Shown: positions 1 through 9,433, counted from the first letter of the stretch. The stretch: DNA of 64,000 bases from Campylobacterota bacterium (GCA_034660095.1 JAYEIM010000221.1:853-64852); one strand, 5' to 3'. Program-made: numbers and translations. The notes: generated by a model not told the origin, from the letters alone.

Positions 1-1
1 A

Positions 2-445
2 GCAGCAGCAAACTATCTAAACTCTCAAATGGCAAAATTTGAAGCAGTTGAAGCTGGATATGATGAATCACTTCTAAGAGATGATCAAGGTTATATAGCA
101 GAAGCTAGTGGTGCATGTTTTTTTATGGTTGAAAATGGAGTTTTAATCTCTCCACCAAATGATAATTCACTTAAATCTATCACTCAAGATACTGTTATAG
201 ACTTAGCAAAAGATATGGGTATTGAAGTTCAAAGAAGAAGAATAACAAGAGAAGAGGTATATGTTTGTGATGAATGTTTTTTAACAGGAACAGCAGCAGA
301 AGTTACACCAATAAGAGATGTAGATGCTAGAATTATTGGTAGTGGAAGTCGTGGACCAATGACGAAAAAACTACAACAAGCATATTTTGATGTAGTAGCA
401 GGAAAAAATCCAAAATATATCAAGCATTTAACATACATTAATTAA
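2..445 (+). CDS. ilvE: Branched-chain amino acid aminotransferase (5' truncated by window edge)
   Basis: Frame is open from base 2 (AAANYLNSQMAKFEA...); PLP class IV motifs EASGACFF, SITQDTV, FLTGTAAEVTPI. Confidence 0.93.
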   Translation, partial: AAANYLNSQMAKFEAVEAGYDESLLRDDQGYIAEASGACFFMVENGVLISPPNDNSLKSITQDTVIDLAKDMGIEVQRRRITREEVYVCDECFLTGTAAEVTPIRDVDARIIGSGSRGPMTKKLQQAYFDVVAGKNPKYIKHLTYIN

Positions 446-535
446 AAAATATATTTAAGACAATATAAAGTACAATAATATATTATTGCATAAATATAAA
501 CAGAACAAAAAATAAACAAACAAAGGGAAATAAAA

Positions 536-1654
536 ATGCCAATAGACAATGACTATTTTAAAAATAGACAACAACAGAACAAAGGTTCTAACAACAATGA
601 TAATAAGAACTCTAATAACAATGGAGGTGGTGGAAACGGCGGAAATGGCGGAGGATACCAACCACCTTTTGAACCACCTGAAATATTTAAAAATCTTGGA
701 AAAGGTTCTGGATTAATTTACGGAATTATTATTGTTGCAGTATTACTATTTATGGCTAAACCTTTTGTTATTATTAACTCAGGTGAAGTTGGTATTAAAG
801 TTACAACTGGTAAATATGAAACTGAACCATTACAACCTGGATTTCATCTATATATTCCAGTAGTACAAAAAGTTTTGACTGTAGATACAAAAGTAAGACT
901 TATTAACTATAAGAGTGTTGAAGATATGAGTGGATTTGGAACTGGAATTAAAATCAATCCTGCTATTAATATTCTTGATGCAAGAGGTTTACCAGTTTCA
1001 ATTGAATTAACTGTTCAATATAAACTTTTACCATCTGGTGCACCTTCTACTATTGCAACTTGGGGACTTTCTTGGGAAGATAAAATCGTAAACCCTGTTG
1101 TAAGAAACATTGTAAGAAATGTTGTTGGTGGATTTAATGCTGAAACATTACCTATGCAAAGAAATGTAATTGCTACAATGATTGAAGATGGTATTAGAAA
1201 AGAGATTGAAGCTTTAGATGGTAAACCTGTTTCTATTGAATCTGTTCAATTAAGAGAAATTGTACTTCCTGCAAAAATTAAAGAGCAAATTGAAAAAGTT
1301 CAAGTTGCAAATCAAGAATCAGAAAGAGTAAAATACGAAGTTTTAAGAGCTAAGCAAGAAGCTGAAAAAAGAGCTGCAAAAGCTACTGGTGATGCTGAAG
1401 CAAATAGAATTGAAGCACAAGGTAGAGCTGATGCTGTTACTATTGAAGCTCAAGCACAAGCAAAAGCAAATAAACTTGTAGCTCAATCTTTAACAGTAAA
1501 ACTTCTTTCTTTAGAACAAATAAAAGTTCAAGGGAAATTTAATGAAGCACTTAGAGAAAATAGAGATGCTAAAATATTCTTAACACCTGGTGGTTCTACT
1601 CCAAATATTTGGGTAGATACAAAAGATAAAGCAAGAGATACTGCTATCCATTAA
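536..1654 (+). CDS. SPFH/prohibitin (band 7, HflK/C-like) membrane protein
   Basis: One TM helix, then PFVIINSGEVGI...PGFHLYIP and an AxAEA coiled-coil repeat. Confidence 0.9.
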   Translation: MPIDNDYFKNRQQQNKGSNNNDNKNSNNNGGGGNGGNGGGYQPPFEPPEIFKNLGKGSGLIYGIIIVAVLLFMAKPFVIINSGEVGIKVTTGKYETEPLQPGFHLYIPVVQKVLTVDTKVRLINYKSVEDMSGFGTGIKINPAINILDARGLPVSIELTVQYKLLPSGAPSTIATWGLSWEDKIVNPVVRNIVRNVVGGFNAETLPMQRNVIATMIEDGIRKEIEALDGKPVSIESVQLREIVLPAKIKEQIEKVQVANQESERVKYEVLRAKQEAEKRAAKATGDAEANRIEAQGRADAVTIEAQAQAKANKLVAQSLTVKLLSLEQIKVQGKFNEALRENRDAKIFLTPGGSTPNIWVDTKDKARDTAIH

Positions 1655-1662
1655 TAAGGACT

Positions 1663-1691
1663 TTAAGAGAGATATAGTCTCTCTTAATTTT
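1663..1691 (+). terminator. Probable intrinsic terminator after the SPFH gene
   Basis: TTAAGAGAGA-tatag-TCTCTCTTAA hairpin followed by TTTT. Confidence 0.6.
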
Positions 1692-1695
1692 AAAT

Positions 1696-2184
1696 ATGCA
1701 AAAAATTAAATATATCATAATCTTTACACTTTTATTAGCTTTAGGGCTTTTGTATGTACAACTTAGTGATTATGATAAAATTACAAATACACTACTAAAT
1801 GAAAATAGTTCATCTTATGACAAAATTACAAAATTACAAAATAAAATAACATTGCTAGAAAGTGAAAATATAGAACTAAATAATAATGTTTCATTATTAA
1901 AAGATGAAAATTTAAACTTAAATAGTAGAGTAACAACTCTGCAAGATAAAATAATATCAATGGATGAAACCATATCTATTTCAAAACTACCAATTCAAGA
2001 AAATATTTTAGATGAAACAAATGAAACAATAAGTTCTGCATTGGATATACATCAAGAGATTCTATTAAATTCTAACAATAATACATTTGAAGAAGAGCAA
2101 GATATAAAAGTTGAACCAAAAATAACACTAGATGATCAAAATAAAATAACAGGTTTTGGTCTTGAATATAAAGAAAATTTCTAA
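1696..2184 (+). CDS. Hypothetical protein: N-terminal hydrophobic anchor, coiled coil, C-terminal beta-hairpin ending in Phe
   Basis: 162-aa ORF; heptad Leu pattern; C-terminus EPKITLDDQNKITGFGLEYKENF. Confidence 0.7.
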   Translation: MQKIKYIIIFTLLLALGLLYVQLSDYDKITNTLLNENSSSYDKITKLQNKITLLESENIELNNNVSLLKDENLNLNSRVTTLQDKIISMDETISISKLPIQENILDETNETISSALDIHQEILLNSNNNTFEEEQDIKVEPKITLDDQNKITGFGLEYKENF

Positions 2185-2193
2185 AGGAAACTA

Positions 2194-2877
2194 ATGGATG
2201 AAATAATAGATAAAATAGATTTTGAAAAACAAAATGGTCTAATACCAGTGATAACTCAAGATAATAGTTCAAATGAAGTTTTAATGTTAGCATATATGAA
2301 TAAAGAGGCTGTAAAATTAACATTAAGCACAAATTATGCACACTATTTCAGCAGAAGTAAACAAAGAATTTGGAAAAAAGGTGAAAGCTCAAATCATACC
2401 CAGCAGATTGTTTCTATAAAACTTGATTGTGATAATGACACTCTTTTATTAAAAGTAAATCAAGCAGGTGTAGCTTGTCATACAGGTAGAAAATCTTGTT
2501 TTTTTACAGATTTACAAACAGGTGAAGTAAAAAATAATATTGAAGTTGATACAAGTTCTGCTTATGGTATTATAGATACTTTATATCATACTATTTTAGA
2601 AAAGAAAAATGATAATCCTGAAGTCTCATATACTGCAAAACTTCTACAAGGAAAACAAAATTCTATGCTTAAAAAAATTGTAGAGGAAGCTGGTGAATTT
2701 ACTTTTGCAGTAAAAGATAATGACGAGGAGGAGATGATATACGAAGGAGCAGATCTTATGTATCATTGTCTAGTTGCACTTGCATCTCAAAACATCTCAC
2801 CTGATAGAATAAAACAAGAGTTATCAAGAAGATTTGGACTAAGTGGTATAGAGGAAAAAAATTCAAGAACTGATTAA
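2194..2877 (+). CDS. hisIE: Bifunctional phosphoribosyl-AMP cyclohydrolase / phosphoribosyl-ATP pyrophosphatase
   Basis: WKKGESS, DCDNDTLL, ACHTGRKSCF, KKIVEEAGE motifs. Confidence 0.96.
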   Translation: MDEIIDKIDFEKQNGLIPVITQDNSSNEVLMLAYMNKEAVKLTLSTNYAHYFSRSKQRIWKKGESSNHTQQIVSIKLDCDNDTLLLKVNQAGVACHTGRKSCFFTDLQTGEVKNNIEVDTSSAYGIIDTLYHTILEKKNDNPEVSYTAKLLQGKQNSMLKKIVEEAGEFTFAVKDNDEEEMIYEGADLMYHCLVALASQNISPDRIKQELSRRFGLSGIEEKNSRTD

Positions 2878-2951
2878 AACTCTTATTTAAGCTTTTTTTT
2901 ATAAATATTTCTTATAATATAGTATAAATTTTATTTATAAAAGGAATTCTA

Positions 2952-3416
2952 ATGATTACTAAAACTTTATCAACTGCCCTACTACTTGGTTTAATCACAA
3001 CTAGCTTAAATGCAAAAGGTATGAACTCTCCACAAAAAATATTTCAAAAAAAATGTAATATGTGTCATAATTTAACAAAACCAAAAAATAAACAAGAAAA
3101 AATGAAAATGACAGCACCTCCTATCTCTATTGCAATGAGAAGTGTTATAATAGGTGTTGACGCGATTGAAGGTCCCGTAAGTGATTCTGAATTAAGAGAG
3201 TTATCTATTGAGTTTTTAACTGACTATCTAAAAGAACCTAGCCAAGAGAAAGGTTACTGTGAAGATATGAGTTATAAAAAGTTTGGAACTATGCCATCAA
3301 TGAAAGGTTTTATGACTGATAAACAAATTGACACTGTTGTACCTTGGGTTATAGATAACTTTTCACCAAAAAAAGATGCAAACGGAAAGTATATAATACA
3401 TAGTAAGAGAAAATAA
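2952..3416 (+). CDS. Periplasmic c-type cytochrome (monoheme)
   Basis: Signal peptide, CNMCH heme-binding motif, distal KFGTMP. Confidence 0.85.
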   Translation: MITKTLSTALLLGLITTSLNAKGMNSPQKIFQKKCNMCHNLTKPKNKQEKMKMTAPPISIAMRSVIIGVDAIEGPVSDSELRELSIEFLTDYLKEPSQEKGYCEDMSYKKFGTMPSMKGFMTDKQIDTVVPWVIDNFSPKKDANGKYIIHSKRK

Positions 3417-3425
3417 ATTTTCTTA

Positions 3426-5162
3426 TTATGACATAAATCCCACTTTTTTATCTTTATCAAATTGAGATTTTTCCTCTTTTTGAATCTCCTCTATAAAATC
3501 TGTAGTTTTAAATAGTGGTTCATCTTCTATTGCTAACTTATAGGCTGTATTTTTTATGATAAGTTCTATTTGTCCACCTGTAAGTGATGATTTTGATAAT
3601 TTATCTATATCAAACTTATCATCAAAAGGTAAGTTTTGAGGTAAAAGCTTTTCCCATAAAATTTTACGCATAGACTCATCTGGTTTTAAAAATTCTATTT
3701 TATAGTTAAATCTTCTTGAAAATGCTTTATCAATACTATCAAGTAAATTTGTTGTTGCTATTAAAATTCCATCAAAATTTTCTATCTGTTCTAAAAATAT
3801 ATTTTGCATCTGATTGTGCATCTTATCACTACCACTTATTTGACCACTTACTCGATTACTTAAAAACTGATCTGCTTCATTTAAAAGTAGTACTGGCTCT
3901 GATTTTGTTTTTATACATAAATCTTTATAATCATCAAATATTTTTCTAACATTTTTTTCACTTTCACCCACATACATAGATAAAATCTTACTACAATCAA
4001 AACTAAGAACTTGTTTCTTAAGTGATTTTGCTAAAGCTAATGCTGTTATAGTTTTACCAGTTCCTGCTGCACCATAAAATATAATTCGTGCATCAATCCC
4101 TTTTTTCTTATCTTTTATTCCCCATTTTTTAAGTCTATCAACAACTTTTTTATCTACTTGTTGTAAAAGTAAATTAAGAGTTTTTTTTGTTTTATCATTT
4201 AATACAACATCATCAAGTGTTTTTTTAGGTTCTATTAGTTCAAACATCTCTTGTTCACTTATAAGCATATCTAGTTTGATTTTTTGTTGCCGTTTTTGTT
4301 TTTTTACTGGATGAGATATTTTATATAAAATTGCTTCTGGTATATAAAAATTTCTCATAATTCCACCAAAAGGCGTAAGCATCTCATCATAATCTATTAA
4401 ATTATTGGCAATAAGGTTTCCGCTTTCTTCAAGTAAACTTCTATGTTTTATTTTTTCATAATCATCAGAAGAAACCAATGCAATTAAAGAGTTCATATCT
4501 CTTATTGATTCATCACTACCACCATATTCCTCTTTTAATAAGGCTAAAAATATCATCTGTTCCTGATCATTTAGTTCATTTTGTGTAAAAAAATCTTCAA
4601 GCATAATTGTATTTGTTGTTGTTTCTACTCTCTGCTGTATCCTATTTTCAAGTAGAGATAGTTTACTTCTAAGTCTATTTGCGTTTGGTGAATTTTCATC
4701 AAAATTATGTTTTACAATATTTAACTTTTGAGCTAAATCTATTTTAAAAAACTGATCTTGTAAGTATTCTAGATGATCGCTATACTCTTTAACATCTGGT
4801 AACACTAACTCCAATGACCCAACTTCTAGAAGCTTTAAAAACGAACTACTTAAATTTATAGCTGTATTTATAAGTTCAAGTTGTGATAGTTCACTTATCT
4901 TTGTTGTTATAAAATTACTTTGAACTATCCATCCAAGTTCTAATAAATTTTTTATCAAATAAATATGTTCAATATGTTCTAATGTTTTTAAATCGTAAAA
5001 CTCTGCAAGTATATCTACTACTAAAATATTATCATTCCCAATAATATACTGTTTTGTTAGATACTGTAATATTTTTACTTCAGCTTCTTTACATTTTAAA
5101 TGCGTAAATATATCTAGTTTTTCTAGATTCTCTGATTCTACAAATAATTTAATATTTTTCAA
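3426..5162 (-). CDS. AAA+ family ATPase (Campylobacterota conserved)
   Basis: Walker A GAAGTGKT, SMYVGESEKN, Walker B variant LLNEAD, DKAFSRRF; TTG start overlaps the ribF stop. Confidence 0.9.
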   Translation of the reverse strand: MKNIKLFVESENLEKLDIFTHLKCKEAEVKILQYLTKQYIIGNDNILVVDILAEFYDLKTLEHIEHIYLIKNLLELGWIVQSNFITTKISELSQLELINTAINLSSSFLKLLEVGSLELVLPDVKEYSDHLEYLQDQFFKIDLAQKLNIVKHNFDENSPNANRLRSKLSLLENRIQQRVETTTNTIMLEDFFTQNELNDQEQMIFLALLKEEYGGSDESIRDMNSLIALVSSDDYEKIKHRSLLEESGNLIANNLIDYDEMLTPFGGIMRNFYIPEAILYKISHPVKKQKRQQKIKLDMLISEQEMFELIEPKKTLDDVVLNDKTKKTLNLLLQQVDKKVVDRLKKWGIKDKKKGIDARIIFYGAAGTGKTITALALAKSLKKQVLSFDCSKILSMYVGESEKNVRKIFDDYKDLCIKTKSEPVLLLNEADQFLSNRVSGQISGSDKMHNQMQNIFLEQIENFDGILIATTNLLDSIDKAFSRRFNYKIEFLKPDESMRKILWEKLLPQNLPFDDKFDIDKLSKSSLTGGQIELIIKNTAYKLAIEDEPLFKTTDFIEEIQKEEKSQFDKDKKVGFMS

Positions 5163-5986
5163 CTTTTATCCCCTACTTTAAACCACTCTTTTGCCTGTAT
5201 AATATCATTTAAAATCTCTTGTTTTAACTCTTCATAAGTTTCAAATTTTTTATTATCTCTTGTTTTTTTATAAAAAACTATATCTATATTATTTGGTATA
5301 ATCTCATTAAAATTATTATCAATTATATGTGTTTCAACTGCAAATTTACCATCTGTTGTTACTCTATGACCTATAAATGTAACAGAGTTATAACTTTTAT
5401 TTTGTAAAATAGTTTTTGTTATATAGATACCCTCGCTAGGTATTAAAAACTCTTTTACATCAATATTAATAGTAGCTACAAATTGTTTTGAGCCAATCCC
5501 CTGACCCCTAATATGTGTACCTTTAATTCTATATTCATATCCCAAAAGTTTATTTGCATCTTCTAGTTTACTATCTCTTAAATAAGATCTTATAACCCTC
5601 GAATGTACAGCAATATTGTCAATTTTATATTCATCAACTACTATAACTTCTCCATCAAAAAGCTCTTTTAAATTTTCTATACTATAGGCAGCTTTATATC
5701 CAAAATGAAAATCATACCCAACTACTATTTTTTTTAAATTTGGGAACTCTTCATAAAGAAGTTTTATAAACTGTTCACCACTTAGATGTTTTATATTTTC
5801 CAATGGATAATAAAACAATGGAAATTTTGTATGTAAAGATCTATTTGCATTTGGGGAAAGATTTGCATACTCAGTAGATATAACAACTATAGCACCATTG
5901 TTATTGAGTTTTGAAAATAGTTGTTGATGAGCTAGATGCATACCATCAAATCCACCAATAGCAATACTAGTAATTGTATCTTTTAT
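5159..5986 (-). CDS. ribF: Bifunctional riboflavin kinase / FAD synthetase; start placed at ATA 5986 (ORF track extends to TTG 6064)
   Basis: AIGGFDGMHLAH, VVGYDFHFG, HSRVIR, ETHI motifs; AAGGA 6 nt upstream of ATA. Confidence 0.9.
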   Translation of the reverse strand: MKDTITSIAIGGFDGMHLAHQQLFSKLNNNGAIVVISTEYANLSPNANRSLHTKFPLFYYPLENIKHLSGEQFIKLLYEEFPNLKKIVVGYDFHFGYKAAYSIENLKELFDGEVIVVDEYKIDNIAVHSRVIRSYLRDSKLEDANKLLGYEYRIKGTHIRGQGIGSKQFVATINIDVKEFLIPSEGIYITKTILQNKSYNSVTFIGHRVTTDGKFAVETHIIDNNFNEIIPNNIDIVFYKKTRDNKKFETYEELKQEILNDIIQAKEWFKVGDKS

Positions 5987-6006
5987 AACTTTTCCTTTTA
6001 AATTAG

Positions 6007-6023
6007 TTTGGTATAATACCAAA
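6007..6023. promoter_or_regulatory. Palindromic bidirectional -10 region between ribF and rlmH
   Basis: TTTGGTA-TAA-TACCAAA gives TGGTATAAT on + and TGGTATTAT on -. Confidence 0.6.
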
Positions 6024-6043
6024 TATCTAATAAAGGATAAATT

Positions 6044-6502
6044 ATTAAAATCAATATCTATCAAATTGTAAAAAAATCAAATGACAACTTTGAACCAATT
6101 ATAAATGAATTTATAAAGATGTCAAGTAGATATGCTAAAGTTGAAGTGTATAGTTTGTTTAACAAACAGATATCAAAAGCTCAAACAATTGGTGAAAAAG
6201 AATCACAACAAGCATACAATGAACTTTATTTACCAAAACTATCTAATGGATACAATATAGCACTTGATGTACTAGGTAAGCAGATTGATAGTTTTAAATT
6301 TAGTAAACTATTAGACGACAAGATTACGATAAATTTTTTTATTGGTGGAGCGTATGGTTTTGATAGAGAATTTTTAACTAAATGCGATACTGTTATATCT
6401 CTTAGCCAACTTACATTTGCACATAAAATAGCAAATATAGTATTAGTAGAACAAATATTTAGATCACTTTGTATACTAAATAACCATCCTTATCACAAAT
6501 AA
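6044..6502 (+). CDS. rlmH: 23S rRNA (pseudouridine1915-N3)-methyltransferase; start probably ATT at 6044
   Basis: FFIGGAYG, EQIFR, NHPYHK motifs; frame extends to (I)KINIY at 6044 with AAGGA 6 nt upstream and an in-frame TAA at 6038. Confidence 0.92.
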   Translation: MKINIYQIVKKSNDNFEPIINEFIKMSSRYAKVEVYSLFNKQISKAQTIGEKESQQAYNELYLPKLSNGYNIALDVLGKQIDSFKFSKLLDDKITINFFIGGAYGFDREFLTKCDTVISLSQLTFAHKIANIVLVEQIFRSLCILNNHPYHK

Positions 6503-6558
6503 TAAAAATTTAGTTAAAGTTAGGTATAATTCCAAAATAAAACAAACAGGATTATAAA

Positions 6559-6915
6559 TTGCCATCAAGTAAACAGATAAATGAACTAAAAGAGTTATTA
6601 ATAGCTAGACGAGATGTTATTCAAAGTAATATCGATGATAATATAGATAATATATCAAAACTAAACAATTGTGATTGTAAAGATGATTTAGATTTTGCGG
6701 AAGCAAGTAGTGATAGTTTCACTTCAGGGATAATCGTAAATCAACAAAAACAAGAGCTAAAAGAGATAGATGAAGCTATAAAAAGTATAGAAAATAAAAC
6801 TTATGGTATTTGTGAAATGTGTGATGAAACTATAGCTATAGGTAGATTAAAAGCTAAACCATTTGCAAAATTTTGTACAGACTGTAGAGAAATACACGAA
6901 AATAATAACAACTAA
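6559..6915 (+). CDS. dksA: DksA/TraR family C4 zinc-finger RNA polymerase-binding protein
   Basis: DDLDFA coiled-coil tip; YGICEMC...RLKAKPFAKFCTDC. Confidence 0.88.
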   Translation: MPSSKQINELKELLIARRDVIQSNIDDNIDNISKLNNCDCKDDLDFAEASSDSFTSGIIVNQQKQELKEIDEAIKSIENKTYGICEMCDETIAIGRLKAKPFAKFCTDCREIHENNNN

Positions 6916-6932
6916 AATAGAAGGATAGTAAT

Positions 6933-7952
6933 ATGGGATTAAAAAAATATATCTTAGGATCAATAGTTTTAATATTAGTAATTGCAGGATATACATTTAG
7001 TATTGAAGCTGGTGATTATAGAGTTCAACTTGTGGATTATGTTTTAATCTTACCTATTGCAGCTTGGATTGTACTACCAATGGTTCTATTATTTACTGTA
7101 TCAGTATTGCATATTTTATTTTATGGTTTAAAAAACTACTTTGCAATTAAAGCTATCACAAAAGATTCTGAAGCTTTGATCTCATTGGTAAATAAAAAAC
7201 TACTTAATGAATCTTCAAAATTAAGCTTTCAAAATAAAAATTTTAAAGATATCAGTGCTGTAGTAAATCAATTAGATATCAGCATAACAAATAGTGACTT
7301 TAACTCTGCAAACAAAGATATAACTAAAACAATTGATCAAATATTTGCTATAAAATCAGGGAAATATGTATCATCAAAAGAGTTAAAGCTAGACAATAAC
7401 AATCCAATAATGATAGAAAATTTATTAAACAAAATCAATCAAGATGAATCATTCGCACTTGAAGCAGTAAAGAAAAACTCTGCATATTCTGCCCAAATTA
7501 TAAAAGCTGCATTTTTAAAAGTTTTAGAAACAAAATCTTTCACAACTATAAAAAAACTAATTGATGAAGTAACTTTAGATGAAGAGATGACAATTGCATT
7601 ATTTAAAAAAGATGGTGAACAACTTGATCAATTTGCAATGACAAATGATGTTATTTTAAAATTGATTAAAAAAGTTGATTTATCAAATAGTGACCTTGTA
7701 GCTATTTCTAAAAACTATAAACTACTTATGTCTCCAGATCAAATAATCAAACTATATGAAGACCTTTGCGTTGACAAAGAGGAATATACTACAGCATACC
7801 TATATGTATTAGCAGAGTACGAAATGGTTGACAAAATGAGAGATATTTTAGATAATAGTTCTGCACATGAATTTATCCCTTTTAAAGCTTTAGTTGATTT
7901 AAAAGATAGTGGTAAACATATATACTCTTTAGATACTCTTTGCTATAAATAA
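6933..7952 (+). CDS. Conserved membrane-anchored hypothetical protein (two N-terminal TM helices)
   Basis: 339-aa ORF with AAGGA RBS, between dksA and dusB. Confidence 0.8.
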   Translation: MGLKKYILGSIVLILVIAGYTFSIEAGDYRVQLVDYVLILPIAAWIVLPMVLLFTVSVLHILFYGLKNYFAIKAITKDSEALISLVNKKLLNESSKLSFQNKNFKDISAVVNQLDISITNSDFNSANKDITKTIDQIFAIKSGKYVSSKELKLDNNNPIMIENLLNKINQDESFALEAVKKNSAYSAQIIKAAFLKVLETKSFTTIKKLIDEVTLDEEMTIALFKKDGEQLDQFAMTNDVILKLIKKVDLSNSDLVAISKNYKLLMSPDQIIKLYEDLCVDKEEYTTAYLYVLAEYEMVDKMRDILDNSSAHEFIPFKALVDLKDSGKHIYSLDTLCYK

Positions 7953-7955
7953 AAA

Positions 7956-8891
7956 TTGAAAAACAAGCCGATAGACTTTTCAAAACCAGTAGTGGTACTA
8001 GCTCCACTTGCTGGATATACTGATTTACCTTTTAGATCTGTTGTTAAAAATTTTGGTGTTGACTACACTGTAAGTGAAATGATAAGCTCAAATGCTTTAG
8101 CATACAATAGTGAAAAAACTAAAAAAATGCTTTTAAAGTCACCAAATGAAGATCCTTATTTTGTACAACTTTCAGGTAGTAAAACAGATATTATGCAACT
8201 TGCGGTTGAAAAGCTAAATGAGATAGATGGTATTGCTGGTATCGATTTAAACTGTGGTTGTCCTGCTCCAAAAGTATTTAATCATGGAAGTGGTTCAAAT
8301 CTTTTAGGAGATTTACCTCGCCTTCAATCTATACTTAAAACTATAAAAAAATATTCAAATAAACAATATACAACTGCGAAAATTAGAATAGGGATAGATG
8401 AAAAGATACCTGTTGATATTGCTCGTGCTGTTGAGGATTGTGGAGTTGATTTTATAGCTGTACATGGAAGAACTAAAAAAGGTGCATATAAAGCTCCTGT
8501 TGATTATGATGCTATTGCAGCTATTAAAGAGGCTGTAGATATTCCAGTAATTGCAAATGGAGATATAACAGACTTAGAAAAAGTGAATTATGTTCTAGAC
8601 TATACAAAAGCTGATGGTGTTATGATAGGTCGTGGTGCAGTTGGTAAACCTTGGTTTTTTCATCAAATAGCTACAAACAATGAAACAATATCAAATGAAT
8701 TAAAAAAAGAGATTATCATTGAGCATTTTAATAAAATGATAGAACACTATTTAGAATATGGTGTTATTATGTTTAGAAAACATCTTCATACTTATTCAAA
8801 AGGTTATGATGGAGCAAATAGTTTTCGTGATAAAATCAATACAGTAACTGACCCTAAAGAGATGCTAGAGATCATAAATAAGTTTTTTTAG
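7956..8891 (+). CDS. dusB: tRNA-dihydrouridine synthase
   Basis: LAPLAGYTD, DLNCGCP, VHGRT, ANGDI, GVMIGRGA. Confidence 0.92.
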   Translation: MKNKPIDFSKPVVVLAPLAGYTDLPFRSVVKNFGVDYTVSEMISSNALAYNSEKTKKMLLKSPNEDPYFVQLSGSKTDIMQLAVEKLNEIDGIAGIDLNCGCPAPKVFNHGSGSNLLGDLPRLQSILKTIKKYSNKQYTTAKIRIGIDEKIPVDIARAVEDCGVDFIAVHGRTKKGAYKAPVDYDAIAAIKEAVDIPVIANGDITDLEKVNYVLDYTKADGVMIGRGAVGKPWFFHQIATNNETISNELKKEIIIEHFNKMIEHYLEYGVIMFRKHLHTYSKGYDGANSFRDKINTVTDPKEMLEIINKFF

Positions 8892-8918
8892 ATTTAAATA
8901 ATAATGTTTTTGAGAACT

Positions 8919-8951
8919 AAAAAAAGCCAAGTGGAAAACCACTTGGCTTTT
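8919..8951. terminator. Bidirectional intrinsic terminator between convergent dusB and atpE
   Basis: AAAAAAAGCCAAGTGG-aaaa-CCACTTGGCTTTT perfect stem flanked by A and T tracts. Confidence 0.9.
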
Positions 8952-8971
8952 AATAAGTCAAATTGTTTTGA

Positions 8972-9286
8972 CTACCCTAAAAATGGGTTTGCATATAATG
9001 CAATTAAAGCAATTACAAGTGTATAAATAACTTGTGCTTCGATCATCGCAAGAGCAATGAACATTGTTGTCATAAGTTTTCCACCCATACCTGGATTTCT
9101 AGCAGTTCCAGCAATAGTAGCAGCAGCTGTATTACCCATACCAATAGCTCCACCAAGAGCAGCAAGACCAAGACCAACACCAGCAGCAAGTACTGAGTAA
9201 GCTTTTAATGTTTCGTTAGCTACATTTGCATCAGATGCGAAAGCAGCAGTTGCAATAGCAACCATTAAGAATAAAATTTTTTTCAT
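8972..9286 (-). CDS. atpE: F0F1 ATP synthase subunit c with N-terminal signal-like extension
   Basis: GLAALGGAIGMG, ARNPG loop, MIEAQVIY carboxylate. Confidence 0.96.
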   Translation of the reverse strand: MKKILFLMVAIATAAFASDANVANETLKAYSVLAAGVGLGLAALGGAIGMGNTAAATIAGTARNPGMGGKLMTTMFIALAMIEAQVIYTLVIALIALYANPFLG

Positions 9287-9410
9287 TCTAATTCCTTTGT
9301 AATAATTTAGTTTTTTTAAAAATGAGTTCGGATAGCGTAAACAATGATTATAAAACCGTTGCCAACCTAAACATAAATGCCTAGATTTCCCTACTTAACA
9401 CTTTTAAGTG
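9287..9410 (-). promoter_or_regulatory. Putative structured 5' leader of atpE
   Basis: -10 TATAAT at 9421-9416 followed by four consecutive hairpins, GC-richer than the flanks. Confidence 0.45.
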
Positions 9411-9433
9411 GTGCCATTATATATAAAACAATA

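Noticed and set aside
5987-6064. ORF-track N-terminal extension of ribF
   Set aside because: It overlaps the rlmH start and the shared promoter; no RBS and no RibF-like sequence
8972-9286. Na+-translocating c subunit with a Na+ riboswitch
   Set aside because: The carboxylate context is EAQ rather than the ES/ET of Na+-binding c subunits, and I could not match the leader to a known riboswitch consensus by eye
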